From positions 1-64,000 of the forward strand of contig JAQGDQ010000625.1 in the NCBI GenBank assembly GCA_030141605.1: 64,000 bases of DNA, written 5' to 3'. The position numbers and the translations under genes are program-made. Below are positions 40,221-52,165 of the stretch, in pieces. This DNA comes from Tubiluchus corallicola. Its lineage: Eukaryota; Animalia; Priapulida. The stretch's first letter is position 1. Each line of letters opens with the position of its first letter. The notes beneath the pieces were generated by a model that had not been told where the DNA came from, did not search any database, and saw only the letters and a list, made by a program, of their open reading frames with translations.

Positions 40221-43200
40221 ATGGACGAGAAAAGTAAACAGAAACTATCGAGACTGAAAGCCAATAGAACACGGTTTCTCAATACAGCAAAACGGGCTAG
40301 CGAGTCAACTTTGACATTACTAGAACCCAGTGTAGGCTTTAGTATTGCAGCTTTGGCAGAAATCAATGAAAGTATAGCGCAAATATCAAACAAAATACAA
40401 AAGTTTACCAGTGCGTCCGAGAAGCTACAAGAAGAAGCGTCTGAATTGACACTCGAGCCTGACCAGCAAACTGAGTTAGACGAATTTTTAACTGAGGATG
40501 AACAAACTGTAGAAACAATCGAGGTGATGTTAATGTCACTGCAGAAAAAATCGGCTGCATTTGAAGCGCAAAAACAGGAGGAATATAGGTCGGCTAAATC
40601 TGAAGCTAGTGGGCAACAACAATTTTTAGAGCAAATGACCAAATTAGTAGAGAAACTACAAATTTCACAGAAACCACAGCAAGAACATTATTCTCTACGC
40701 CTACCAATAGTTGACCTTCAGCCGTTTGATGGCGATATTACAAAATTCCAATCATTCTGGGATGCTTACAAGGCAACAGTGCATGACAATGCCAGGTATT
40801 CAGATGTAGACAAATTGACATTTTTGCGTGGTAGGCTACGAGGTGATGCACTAGCAGCAATCGACGGATTCCAGGTCACAGGTGACAGTTACAAAGAAGT
40901 TGTGAAAATTTTGGAAAGGCGATTTGGACAAAAGGACTTAATTATTGATACACATTATCGTGAACTTGAAAAAATACCTGTCGCTGCAGACAACGCAGAA
41001 AGTCTAAGAAAGTGCCAGAACATGATTGAAAAACACTTGAGGAGTTTGGAAGTTTTAGGAGAGGATATTAATCATAGGCACTTCCTCACAATTTTGGAAA
41101 GCAAATTGCCACGTAGCGTTTTGTTTCATCTACATCTTACCAAGGACAAAACTAAAAGGTGGACTGCTAAAGACTTACGTATAGCACTAGAAGACTACAT
41201 AGATACGCTTGAGACAACAGCACGCACAACCAAGTTGTCTGACAGTAAATGGCGACCACAATCCACCATCACAGAAATCGAGCAGTGCAACGAATATGCG
41301 TTATAATCAACAGCGAAGCAACCGAAGTGAAGAAAGACATACAACAATCTTCGCTGGCAATGAAAGCAACATAAATCAACAACCAGGAACCGAGCAAGGG
41401 TCACCAATCCAACCACGAACCGCATGTCCATTTTGTGATACTTTGGGTCACTGGGCCCAGTCATGTGAGCAATTTCCAACTCGAGAATCTCGCATTCAGT
41501 GTTTGAAAGATAAAAGGTTATGCTTCTTATGCCTTCGTCCTTCACACCAAGCAAAGTTCTGTAAGCAAAATCGTCGTACAGTGTGCTTTCATTGTAAAAG
41601 TGTCAATTCACATGCCTCAGCAATTTGTCCTCGCAAATATAGTGAGTCTGGTGTGCCAAATGTGTATCGTACAGCTCTTGCTACAGGTTGTACTTCCGAT
41701 CCTGCTACAAGCCAAGTACAGGGTCACGTGATGTCAGCACTAGGTGACTCAGATATTTTACAAACCGCGATGGTGTCAGTTAAATCTAATGTTTTTGCAA
41801 AAACATAAAGTGAAGCACGTGTTCTTTTAGATTCGGGCAGCAATCATTCATACATAACCACAGAGCTAGCCCATAAGCTCAATTTGCATATTCGGCCTCT
41901 ACAAGACGCTGAAGTTTTGTGTTTGGGACAAAACAGCCAGTGAAGATTCATCAAGGGCTTGCGAAGATCACAATGTACGTGAAAGCTGAGCGTCGTTTCA
42001 AAACTATTCAGTGCAGAGTGGTGCAACACTTAGCAGCACCAATCAAAATGATGAATCTTACTGAAGTTTTGAATGATCAGCCAGGCAGTTGGTTTTATAA
42101 TTTCAAAGCTAAACATGGTCAAGATTGTTTGGCTGACCCAACTCTTGTTTGTGATGGAGGTCCTGTATCTATTCAAATGTTACTTGGTTCTAGTGTATTT
42201 TGGAAGATAGTTAAACCACGTCGTTATCGATTGCCGAAATCAGACCTTGAATTTGTTGAGTCTAGTTTTGGGTTTTTACTTACTGGCACTCAAGAATTGA
42301 GTAATTGCAGTTTAAGTGATAGGCCAATTATAAGCATGTCATTCAAGTGTATACTAAAAGAGTTAAAACAACCAGAGCCTGACAATTCAAACACTGATAC
42401 TGGCAGTCGACAATGTACATGGGAACATGAGTATTATACATGCAATGTTGATTAATGTTCTAGCTGTTGCAATGCAGAGTACAATGTCAGTACTAGGTAT
42501 GAGAATTTATTAGATTTTAGTGATGCTCAAGTAGTTCAGTCAAACTGCACAGCAACAAACTCGTTTCTAAATAATATTAAGTGTAACCAAATTATAGCAC
42601 CTCAGTGTACTGCAAACACAACAACTTTGCAGACTGATGTTAGTTTAGTATCCATTCCTCAGACAGACTTGGATGATTTTTGCAAGGATACATGTTATGA
42701 ACAGTATAATGTTGCTAATGTTTTTGCTAATTCAGAATGTCAGCTAGGCGTATCTAGTACTCTGTGTAGTGAGCCTAGAATTCTAGCTTATGATGTTGAT
42801 AATTATGCGGAAAGCAGAGATAAATCTTGCGTGAATATGTTGCCTATTTCGCAGCAAGCTGCTTCTGAAAATTTAATTGAGCCAGCTGCTGGCAAGCTGC
42901 CAAATCAAAAGTTACAAAACGTCTTTACTGGCGCGATTATTTCTGAAGCTTCTACAGCATCAGCATGGATAGCAAATGCATGTGCATCGGGGGAGCAAGT
43001 TGAAGGCATTTCGTCAAATAAGCCGAATTTGCAAGTTTACAATACAAACAAGTCAATGAACAATACACAGAATTGTACATGTGAACTCTCTAAATTCTGG
43101 GATTTAGATTCGTTGGGAATTACCGATTCTCCCAGTAATTTAACAAAGGCAGAAGAAGAGGCGATTGTAGAAGACCATTTTAATAGAACTGCTTACATTG

Positions 43201-46200
43201 TGAACGGTCGGTTCAGAGTTTCTTGGCCAGTCCGTGATAGAGATAAGTTAGCCAAGCTCCCCACTAATCTTGATTTGTGCAGAGCACGCTTACAAAATGT
43301 TGTATTTAGACTTAAGCAAAACCCAACACTTTTACAAGCATACAACAAAATCTTTCAACAGCAGTTACAGGATGCTATAATAGAAAAGTGTGACGGAAAT
43401 TTTCCAGCAGGAAAGCCATTAACTTACCTTCCTCACACCTCTGTCTTAAAAGATAGCCAGACTTCACCATTACGTATAGTTTTTGATGCGAGTTGTAAGA
43501 AGAAAAAGTCGATGTTATCACTAAATGATTGTTTGTATACTGGCGCAAATCACCTTCAAGTTTTAGGAGGTCTTTTGATTAGATTTATGATACACAAGTA
43601 TATCTTGATGGGTGATTTATCTAAGGCGTTCTTACAAATCGAGCTTGACTACCCCTCCCGTGATTTGGTTCGTTTTCTTTGGGTGAAAGATATTACAAAG
43701 CCAATTTGCAATGACAACATACAGCATTTTCGTTACCAAAGAGTTAATTTTGGGGTAGTGTCTTCGCCGTATTTGCTAACGGCTACACTTAGAAAGCATC
43801 TTACTGAATCTAACAACGAGTACAGTGGGCGCATACTTAGCAACATGTATGTAGACAATCTTTTGGCGACGGTAGAAGATGAAGCTGATGCAATACACTT
43901 ATACCAAGCAGCAAAGGAAGTATTTTCTGAGATTTCCATGAACATGAATCAGTGGTTTTCCAACATTAAAGCGCTAGACCAGCAATTTTATTCAGATGAT
44001 CGAGCAGAAGTCAAACCAAAGCAGAAGGTTTTGGGTATAATTTGGCACTCCCAAACTGACGAGGTCAGTTACTCTTGTCCAGCTCCAAGTGATTTACATG
44101 CGGTCAACACAAAAAGAGAAGCACTGAAAAATGTATCAGCCGTTTTTGAACCTCTTGGATGGATTAGTCCTTTATTAGTCGAAGCAAAGAGATTCATAGC
44201 AACATTATGGAAAGAACATGTTGATTGGGACACAGTGTTCACCCAAAAGCAGCAAGTTCAGTGGGAAAATGTTGCAAACACCTTATCATCAATTTACAGC
44301 CTGAGGATTCCCAGATATACTGAAACAGGTGATTTTAGCAAAGTAGATATTGTGTCATTCAGTGACAGTTCTTCATGGTGTTATGGTGCAGTATCTTACT
44401 TGAGATTAGTTCAGCCTGATGGATCAGGCTTTGTAAAGCTGATTTATGCGAAGACTAGGCTTGCACCCCCACGCCAAATTTCAGTTCCGAGACTGGAGTT
44501 ACTTGGAATACTACTAGCAGTTCGATGCACCAAGTTTTTATTGACACATCTTCAATTGAATATCAACGAAGTACACATCTTTAGTGATAGTAAATGCGCA
44601 TTATTTTGGGTGCTAAATGGACGCTCCTTGAAAATGTTTGTGAGGAACAGAGTGGAAGAGATCAGGTCTCTTCAGAACGCTACATTTCACTTTGTGTCAA
44701 CAGAAGAAAACCCAGCAGACTTGGCTTCTCGTGGTGTAAAGGACTCCGAGACCTTAATGAATAGCATATGGTTCAACCCTCCAGCATGGTTGAAAGAACC
44801 CAAAGAATACTGGCCACAATCAGATATACCAGTCACTTCTGCCGAGGATCAGCAACAGATAGATTCTGAAATGGGAGAATGCGAAGTGCCAGTTTTCTTG
44901 ACAATTAGTGAGCAACCCAATGAGTCACTAGTTGATTTAACGAGGTACTCGAGTTTTGAGAAGGCAGTACGAGTAACGGCCTATGTTATGAGAGCTTTAG
45001 GTAGATGGAAACACACTGAGAATGATGTGCAAACAGGCCTTATGGCATCTGAGCTAGTAAAAGCAGAAATAATTCTAATTACGCAAGTCCAACGTCAACA
45101 CTTCAGCAAAGAGATCAGAGACTTACAGTCTAATAAAAAGAACTGCTTAGTACAGCAACTAGGTCTGTATTTGGATTCTGAAAACCTGTTGAGATGTAAT
45201 GGCAGGATTCAACATTCGGATTTTACATAGTCTAGCACAAATCCAGCTCTCTTGCCACGAAAAGATCATGCCACTCGACTAATTATTCAAAGAGTACATG
45301 AGCAACAGCTCCATAGTGGAGTATCACAGACATTAGCACAGCTGAGATGTGCATACTGGACACTCAAAGGTCGTGCGGCAGTACAAGAAGTAATTCAAGG
45401 ATGTTTAATCTGTAGACGTGCAAGTGGTCCACCATACAAAGCACCACCCATGCCTGGACTGCCACCAGCAAGAGTCAACAGAAACTTAGTATTTAGTCAA
45501 ATTGGATTAGATATGCTAGGTCCGTTTTGGATTAAAAACTTCACTTCATTGTCAGAAAAACATGAAGTCAAAAAGGTTTGGGCTTGCGTGTTTACGTGTA
45601 TGAGCACCAGAGCCGTACACTTAGAGCTTACAGAAGACCTTAGTACCGAGGAGTTTTTGTCATGTTTCCGCAGATTTGCAGCAAGAAGAGGTTATCCTTC
45701 GAAGGTCTTGAGTGACAATGCAGCACAGTTCAAACTAACAAAAACTGTCCTGGATAGAGCGTGGTCTCAAACTCTCCAAAGCCCTGATGTTTTAGATTAT
45801 GCAGCTCAGCATCGTATCAGTTGGGAGAACATTGTAGAGCTAGCTCCCTGGTTTGGAGGTTTCTATGAAAGGATGGTTGCTATGATAAAGTCAGCTCTTA
45901 AAAAATCAACAGGTCGACGTCTTCTGACTCGAACTCAGTTGGTAACGCTGCTGTGTGAAATCGAAGGCGTGATCAATTCTCGACCTCTCTGTTACGTAGA
46001 TCAGGATATCAATTCAATACGCGTCATAACCCCAGCTGATTTCATATCACTGAAAGGTGACCTTGGCACTTTATATTTAAAAGATGATGACGAGTACAAG
46101 CCGAATCAGCCAGACAATGCGGACAAGGTTTTGCAATGCTGGAAAAGAGGACAGATCATCTTGAATAAGTTTTGGGACATCTGGAGGAAGGAGTATGTGT

Positions 46201-46619
46201 TGTCAATGAGGGAGCGCTATAACAAACCAATCAAGCAATCAAGGTCAGCTCTAAATTCAATGCCTAAAATAGGTGACGTAGTTCTGGTTCAGGATGATCT
46301 TCCAAGGAGTCAATGGAGAGTTGGGAGGATACTTTCTCTAAAGCATAGCCATGATGAGATGTGCAGATCAGTTTCTGTGAGGCTACCTTCAGGCAATATC
46401 ATCAATCGTTCTATTACCCAGCTTTACCCCCTTGAACTGCCTGCAACACAGACCAGTATTACAGATGCCAAGCAGTACAAAACAGATAACACTACACGGC
46501 ACAAACAAATTAACACACCACAAATAGTTATAGAGCCCACTAATAAGCGATCAAAAAGAAAGGCAGCTGCGAAAGCTGGTGACAAAATTCGAGGGTGGGT
46601 CGAGGACCTAAATTTGTAG
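40221..46619 (+). pseudogene. BEL/Pao gag-pol polyprotein, disrupted
   Basis: gag (LQPFDGDITKFQSFWDAY; CPFC..H..C, CFLC..H..C); protease ARVLLDSGS; RT (LRIVFDAS, YVDN); RNase H (FSDSS, PRLEL); integrase (HSG..C..C, DDE); lesions: frameshifts ~41250 and ~41920, stops at 41806, 42453, 45228. Confidence 0.92.
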
Positions 46620-46645
46620 GTAGGCTGTTCATGGCATCTTCCCTC

Positions 46646-46652
46646 GGGGGAG
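46646..46652 (+). promoter_or_regulatory. polypurine tract
   Basis: GGGGGAG immediately before the 3' LTR. Confidence 0.85.
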
Positions 46653-46937
46653 TGTGCTGACGCAATCAGAATGATCACGTGACCTGTGATTGTTCGGCGC
46701 GCACGAGTCTGCAGAAGACGAGGGGTACAAGAGCGGACATGTTGTTTAGATTACTAGTGTCGTTAGCGTCTTTAGAAATTGTAAAAAGTTTCGTTAGCGT
46801 CTTTGTTTGTGTAATACAGAAGATATCAATATACAAATTTTTGTGACAAGTCTTTACTGTTTTACGATTCTCGATTATACAAGTAAATTATAGATAATTA
46901 GACTGAAACTTGGGCGAAGTGACAGGGCATCGCCACA
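46653..46937 (+). repeat. 3' LTR
   Basis: matches 39867-40151. Confidence 0.97.
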
Positions 46938-46942
46938 TATGG

Positions 46943-47550
46943 TGATGTGATTTGGAACCCAAATCGTCAAGACATGATAAGGAAAATTAAAAGTATACAA
47001 CGTCGAGCTACTAGACTTGTACCTGCCATTTCTTATTTACCATATGTTGCAAGACTTAGGATTCTGGGCTTTACAACTCTGAAGTACAGACACAAAAGAC
47101 AAGATTTAATCCAAACATTTCGTATCCTTAAAGGTATAGAAACCATCAACAGTGAAATATTTTTCCATCGACAGACATACCATGGTGCCAGAAGTCACTC
47201 CTACAGAATCAAGAAGAGAACAGTTCCCCAAAGGTGGAGTAGGAGGAGGTCCACATTTGCAAGGCGAGTAATTAATGAATGGAACACGCTGCCTGACGTT
47301 GTAGTTCAAGCCTCCAATCCTGCCCAGTTTAAGTCTCGTCTCGATAGATATTGGAAAAACAATGCTGAAAAATATATAGACTCCAGGTTGCCACAATGGC
47401 AACAAGAAACCCTGTGCTACGCTTCATGATCGCAGTGTCGCCACCTATTATGTTTATTTTTTATATTGATAAAGTAAACAAGGAAGAATGGAGAGGTTCA
47501 TAAGCTATTTATGCTTAACCTCTATCCTTCGACGGTAATGGTAATAATGC
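46943..47550 (+). mobile_element. CR1-like LINE fragment, part right of the LTR insertion
   Basis: DVIWNP...IQRRATRLVP...DLIQTFRIL...FARRVINEWNTLP..VV...FKSRLDRYW; 3' hairpin gagaggtt..aacctct. Confidence 0.9.
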
Positions 47551-48699
47551 ATTTAACATGAAAGATGCTTCCGTTCACAAAGCTTTGAACTTTTGAAACT
47601 AGGCATTCACAAGTCATTGCATTTATCAGTAATCAAGTATTTACTAATAAAATTCTCTGTGAAATTGTAGATAATTGTGACATACGCTGAGCTCAGACTG
47701 TAAATTATATCATATAATTATAATTGTGATTATCGGTAGCCCAATATTGATATTTATAGTTAGTCTTATGGATTTCGAGAGCTGTTTTCCGAGAAAAGTT
47801 GAATATTTTTTCTGCTTGTGGCAGGGGGAAGTTAATGGAACGCGTAACGAATGCGTGCATTGACGTCACGTTTACGTAGGTGCTCTGGGGAAGCCAACAA
47901 GCATCGAACAGAACGTGGATGAAAGGGCTTCTTTCAAGTATGACCTGATGACTTCCCATTTTCACTTCGTGTTTATTCCATTGCATCCACCATTATGGAA
48001 AAATTGTTTAGCAGACGCCTACGTTGTAGGAATCCGCAGAAAAATGACGTGGGTACAGAGGGGATTTGCTTTCATTAATTTTTGCTTTTTAATGATAATA
48101 GATCTAATTTTCTAAACTCTTGATTTATTATATAAAAAACTGCTACCTAGTTCGTGGGGAGACCTAGATGCTTGAAATAATTTTTTTTATTACATTGGAC
48201 TTTGATGATGTAAGTTTCAATGCTAAGAGCAGCAGCTCATAAACTATCAGGTAGTTTGATGGGTGACCAAAATAGCTAGTTAGAATTTGTGGGAATTCTT
48301 GCTGAGCATCTAGATGCTCTAGCAAATTAACAATTTGTGGCAGAGTGGTCGCCAGGTCAAACAAAATAGGTAGTATTAAGAAAAACATACAGGAACGATT
48401 AGAAGCATTGACAACAGTGGAAAAGCTTTGCAAACAGAGTACGGACGGACAGCCGACTTCTTTGTGATGAAGAGGCTCCAGGTTCGAGTCTAGTCTGAGA
48501 AACTTTTCACCGCTTTTTTTCGCGCCAATAATATTAGTGTGAATGAAACATTCATTAACATTATTAGAAGCAGCAAAATAGTTTGTAGTTGATTTTATTA
48601 TTCTGAAACAATATTATCAACGTGCAATGGCCGCGCAAGTTTTCAATAGTTTCAACTCTGCACGTATGACGGAAGTAACATTGATTGAAGCACACAAAG

Positions 48700-49250
48700 A
48701 ATATTTTACTCTGCTTTTTATATTTAAATACATTAACAACATCAGCAAACCATTCCAGAATAACAGATTTACCTTTTTTCCAAATCCTATAGTTAATTCC
48801 AGAACAAGCAATCTAAAACAAATTAGGACAAATACCCACTATGGAACGAATTCCGTAATCAAACAAGCAATTCTACTTTGGAATTCTCTACCATTACAGG
48901 TTAAACAAATCAAGTCCCTATCAGCATTTAAAACAAAATTAAAATCACTAATATTAACCAGATATGAAATACCATCACACCAGTACGACAACATACACAC
49001 TAATTCAGAATTTATATATCCACGGCCATATTAATTAAATCATAGTTTTTTTCATTTTTTGTGCATAGTTGTAAATATGTTTGATTTTATTCGTCGTTAC
49101 TTTCCATTACTGCACAATAGTTTAGATTGCACTGGCGCATTTGCCTTTAGCAGCGTAAGTTTTTATTAACTAACACTGATTGATCATCTCTGTAAAGTTT
49201 TTATCAGTGATTATCAATGTATTTTAATGGCAAAAAAAGATTATTATTAT
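48700..49250 (+). mobile_element. L2/Crack-like LINE 3' fragment
   Basis: RTNTHYGTNSVIKQAILLWNSLP..IKSLSAFKTKLK, then 3' UTR and (ATT)n tail. Confidence 0.7.
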
Positions 49251-49726
49251 ATATATATATATATATATATATAACAATTATTGAGTAGTAAGTTGGCAAA
49301 TGGTGCAGTTTGTTCACTGTAGGATACCTGTTCTGTTACGCCTTCTCATATTTTTCTCGCTGAACGTTCCTCGATGCAGAACGGCTGCTTTAAGCTTAAT
49401 TTTTCCTCTGAGCTGCTTCTCAGTGGTATTTTTGCCCGAAGGTTGTTTTATTGTTAATTACAACCTCCCTTATTTCAAGAAAAACGTTAAAAAAGATTGC
49501 TATTTGTCACTAACAACTTTTGATACGAAAATTTCATTTGTGAAAAAATTATTATTTTCACTTATCTGCAACAGCAAACAGCTAGTTCCTCCCCCTGAGT
49601 GTCTCGAGTATCTTGTTAGTCATAAAAGAGAGTCATAAACAATAGTAATCCCTGAGAAATATACTTACAATAATTACATGGTGTCACTTGTAGTCACATA
49701 TAATTCAATAACTAATTAGGATCTTA

Positions 49727-50683
49727 TCACCTGCCCGCTTTTACGTCTTTGCGGATAAACACCACATCTAAACCATCAACATCATCACCAGGTGGAAGAA
49801 TACCTGCTTCATTATAGAGACTGGTGCTTTGAAAAAACTCTCTGAGTCCACGTAATTTTAACAGCGTCTCTTTTTCCAAGATTTTCTCGCCATCGAATTG
49901 ACGATATTCCACGCTGATGACGTCAATGATCAACTTCCGGTATGGAATCGTTTTCAAAACGCTCAACTCTGTGCCTTCAACATCCAGGGAGAAGTAATCA
50001 ACGTGACTGCAGTTGAGAGCTAATGCAATAGAATATAAAGGAAAGCACTGGACTATTTGACTTCGAGAGGAACCTCTTTGGTTGAGCCATTTTTCGTGAA
50101 TTTTATCATTATTGCCGGTCATGCTGGTGAGTAAATCGTCAATTCTGAAACTCGGCTTTGATGTTTTATTGGACGAGCTGAGACATGCGTTCATGGTATA
50201 TGCATGGCGATTGCGTTTCAAAAGTTTACTAAACAGTACCGGGTTGGGCTCCACTAGGAGACCTGTCCATCCATAATTCATCTCCAGGTAGCGCGTGTTG
50301 GACAGTTTTCCATCAGCTGCTCCACATTCTATGAAGAACCCATTGATCTTATTACCAAGCAAATTGCTTACGAATGTCGCTTGGCCTTCTTGAGACACAT
50401 CTACGGGTCTAAACCTGGGCGCGATCTTTGAAGGTCCAATCAGCCACTGATCCTTGATGTGGTCGATGAGAGTTTCATCTTCAGCTGTTGCGCCGCCATT
50501 TTGAATTCTGTAAATTTCGTCTGCAGAGAATCTCGCTAACACAGTTGATGGATATTGGATTTGTAGTTCATTAACACCACCGTAATTGAAGTTTTTAACC
50601 CATGGATATGCAAGAAATAAAATTGTCACGTATGATAACAGGAACAGAAATTTGTGGCTTTTGCTCACAAGTTTGATAATCAT
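49727..50683 (-). CDS. Star-like FkbM (Methyltransf_21) family methyltransferase, type II membrane anchor
   Basis: 318-aa ORF; N-terminal hydrophobic anchor; motifs FFIECGAADG, SNT, GWTGLLVEPNP, VQCFPL, VDYFSLDVEG; tttcag acceptor 33 nt upstream of ATG. Confidence 0.9.
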   Translation of the reverse strand: MIIKLVSKSHKFLFLLSYVTILFLAYPWVKNFNYGGVNELQIQYPSTVLARFSADEIYRIQNGGATAEDETLIDHIKDQWLIGPSKIAPRFRPVDVSQEGQATFVSNLLGNKINGFFIECGAADGKLSNTRYLEMNYGWTGLLVEPNPVLFSKLLKRNRHAYTMNACLSSSNKTSKPSFRIDDLLTSMTGNNDKIHEKWLNQRGSSRSQIVQCFPLYSIALALNCSHVDYFSLDVEGTELSVLKTIPYRKLIIDVISVEYRQFDGEKILEKETLLKLRGLREFFQSTSLYNEAGILPPGDDVDGLDVVFIRKDVKAGR

Positions 50684-51489
50684 TCTCCGTTAAGTAACTT
50701 ATATGAGGTGTGTCATCTGAAATTCAACGCAAAAAACCAAGCCGTGAGATATGAAATCTTTTAACAACTATCGCCTGTTTATAATTATAATAATATTAAG
50801 CCCACAAGTCATCAGGTCTGTAGTAGAATTATTAGAATAATAATAATATAATCTCAGTCTTACCAACTACCTATAATTCGTTATGAAGTAATACAGTTCG
50901 TCTAAAGTAGTACAATTCGCTACACAGTTGAGTATTTACGCCTACAGACTAGTAAACTTACATGGACGCCAAGCATTTGAAGAAGAGAAATTTTATGCAT
51001 GTTATAACATGCTTTAGCTGTTTTTAATGTCCTGACAAATTATACACTTAATCAGACCTTCAAGCCAACGATACAACAGTCAAAATATGAAATTGCCAAA
51101 TTAACATCATTCTATGAAGTTAACTGCTAAAAACTAATAAAGCTTTCGAAATTTTAAGCATTTAAAACTACAGCTTTTATAATGTTATAACATAAAACTA
51201 AAATATCTTTAAAGAATTTAAAACAGGATTAATTTTAATTTTAATTCTGTTTCTCATGACACACGTAGCCACAGTCAAGGTTTAACAATCCTTACGCACA
51301 ATTGTTGTAAAACAATTAACTAAGAATTGTTGTTTATTGAAAATTTAAGGTACAGTAAGTTATTATTACTTACACCGGTAATTATTACCTGAACTGTAAG
51401 CCACTTCATTCAGCTAATGCAGCTCTTTTTTGACATCAAATTTTCCAAATGCTGTATATCGTTCCCCACGCATAGGCCTAATAGGCTTA

Positions 51490-52165
51490 CCTACTTGCCG
51501 ATTATACGCAAAAACTTCTACACAACTTACCTTCCGGTTACTACATAGTTTAAACGAATTCCATGCAGCACATTTGTATCGTCCAACATTGATACAATAT
51601 ACAAACTACTTGCGCGCTTATACGCAAAAACTTCTAACAACTTACCTTCTTGTTACTACATAGTTTAAACGAATTCCATGCAGCACATTTCTATCGTCCA
51701 ACATTGATACAATATACAAACTACTTGCGCGATTATACGCAAAAACTTCTAACAACTTACCTTCTTGTTACTACATAGTTTAAACGAATTCCATGCAGCA
51801 CATTTCTATCGTCCAACATTGATACAGTATACAAACTACTTGCGCGATTATACGCAAAAACTTCTAACAACTTACCTTCCTGTTACTACATAGTTTAAAC
51901 GAATTCCATGCAGCACATTTCTATCGTCCAACATTGATACAGTATACTAACTACTTGTGCGATTATACGCAAAAACTTCTAACTTACCTTCCTGTTACTA
52001 CATAGTTTAAACGAATTCCATGCAGCACATTTCTATCGTCCAACATTGATACAGTATACTAACTACTTGTGCGATTATACGCAAAAACTTCTAACAACTT
52101 GCCTTCCTGTTACTACATAGTTTAAACGAATTCCATGCAGCACATGTGCATCGTCGAACATTGAT
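51490..52165. repeat. ~115-bp tandem repeat, ~6 copies
   Basis: g(a/c)ttatacgcaaaaacttct recurs at ~51500, 51616, 51731, 51846, 51961, 52073. Confidence 0.95.

Larger units (their letters stand above)
39867..46937 (+). mobile_element. full-length BEL/Pao LTR retrotransposon
   Basis: 285-bp TG..CA LTRs; 5-bp TSD TATGG (39862-39866, 46938-46942); gag with three Cys-His motifs, then PR-RT-RH-IN order with YVDN RT motif. Confidence 0.97.

Noticed and set aside
41209-41306. Programmed gag-pol frameshift
   Set aside because: The shift falls before the Gag zinc knuckles, no clear slippery heptamer, and BEL/Pao elements usually have one ORF; treated as a lesion
46424-46652. env-like gene in the BEL element
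   Set aside because: Integrase ORF ends 33 bp before the 3' LTR; no room
48452-48520. tRNA gene (B-box GGTTCGAGTC)
   Set aside because: No cloverleaf; more likely a SINE remnant
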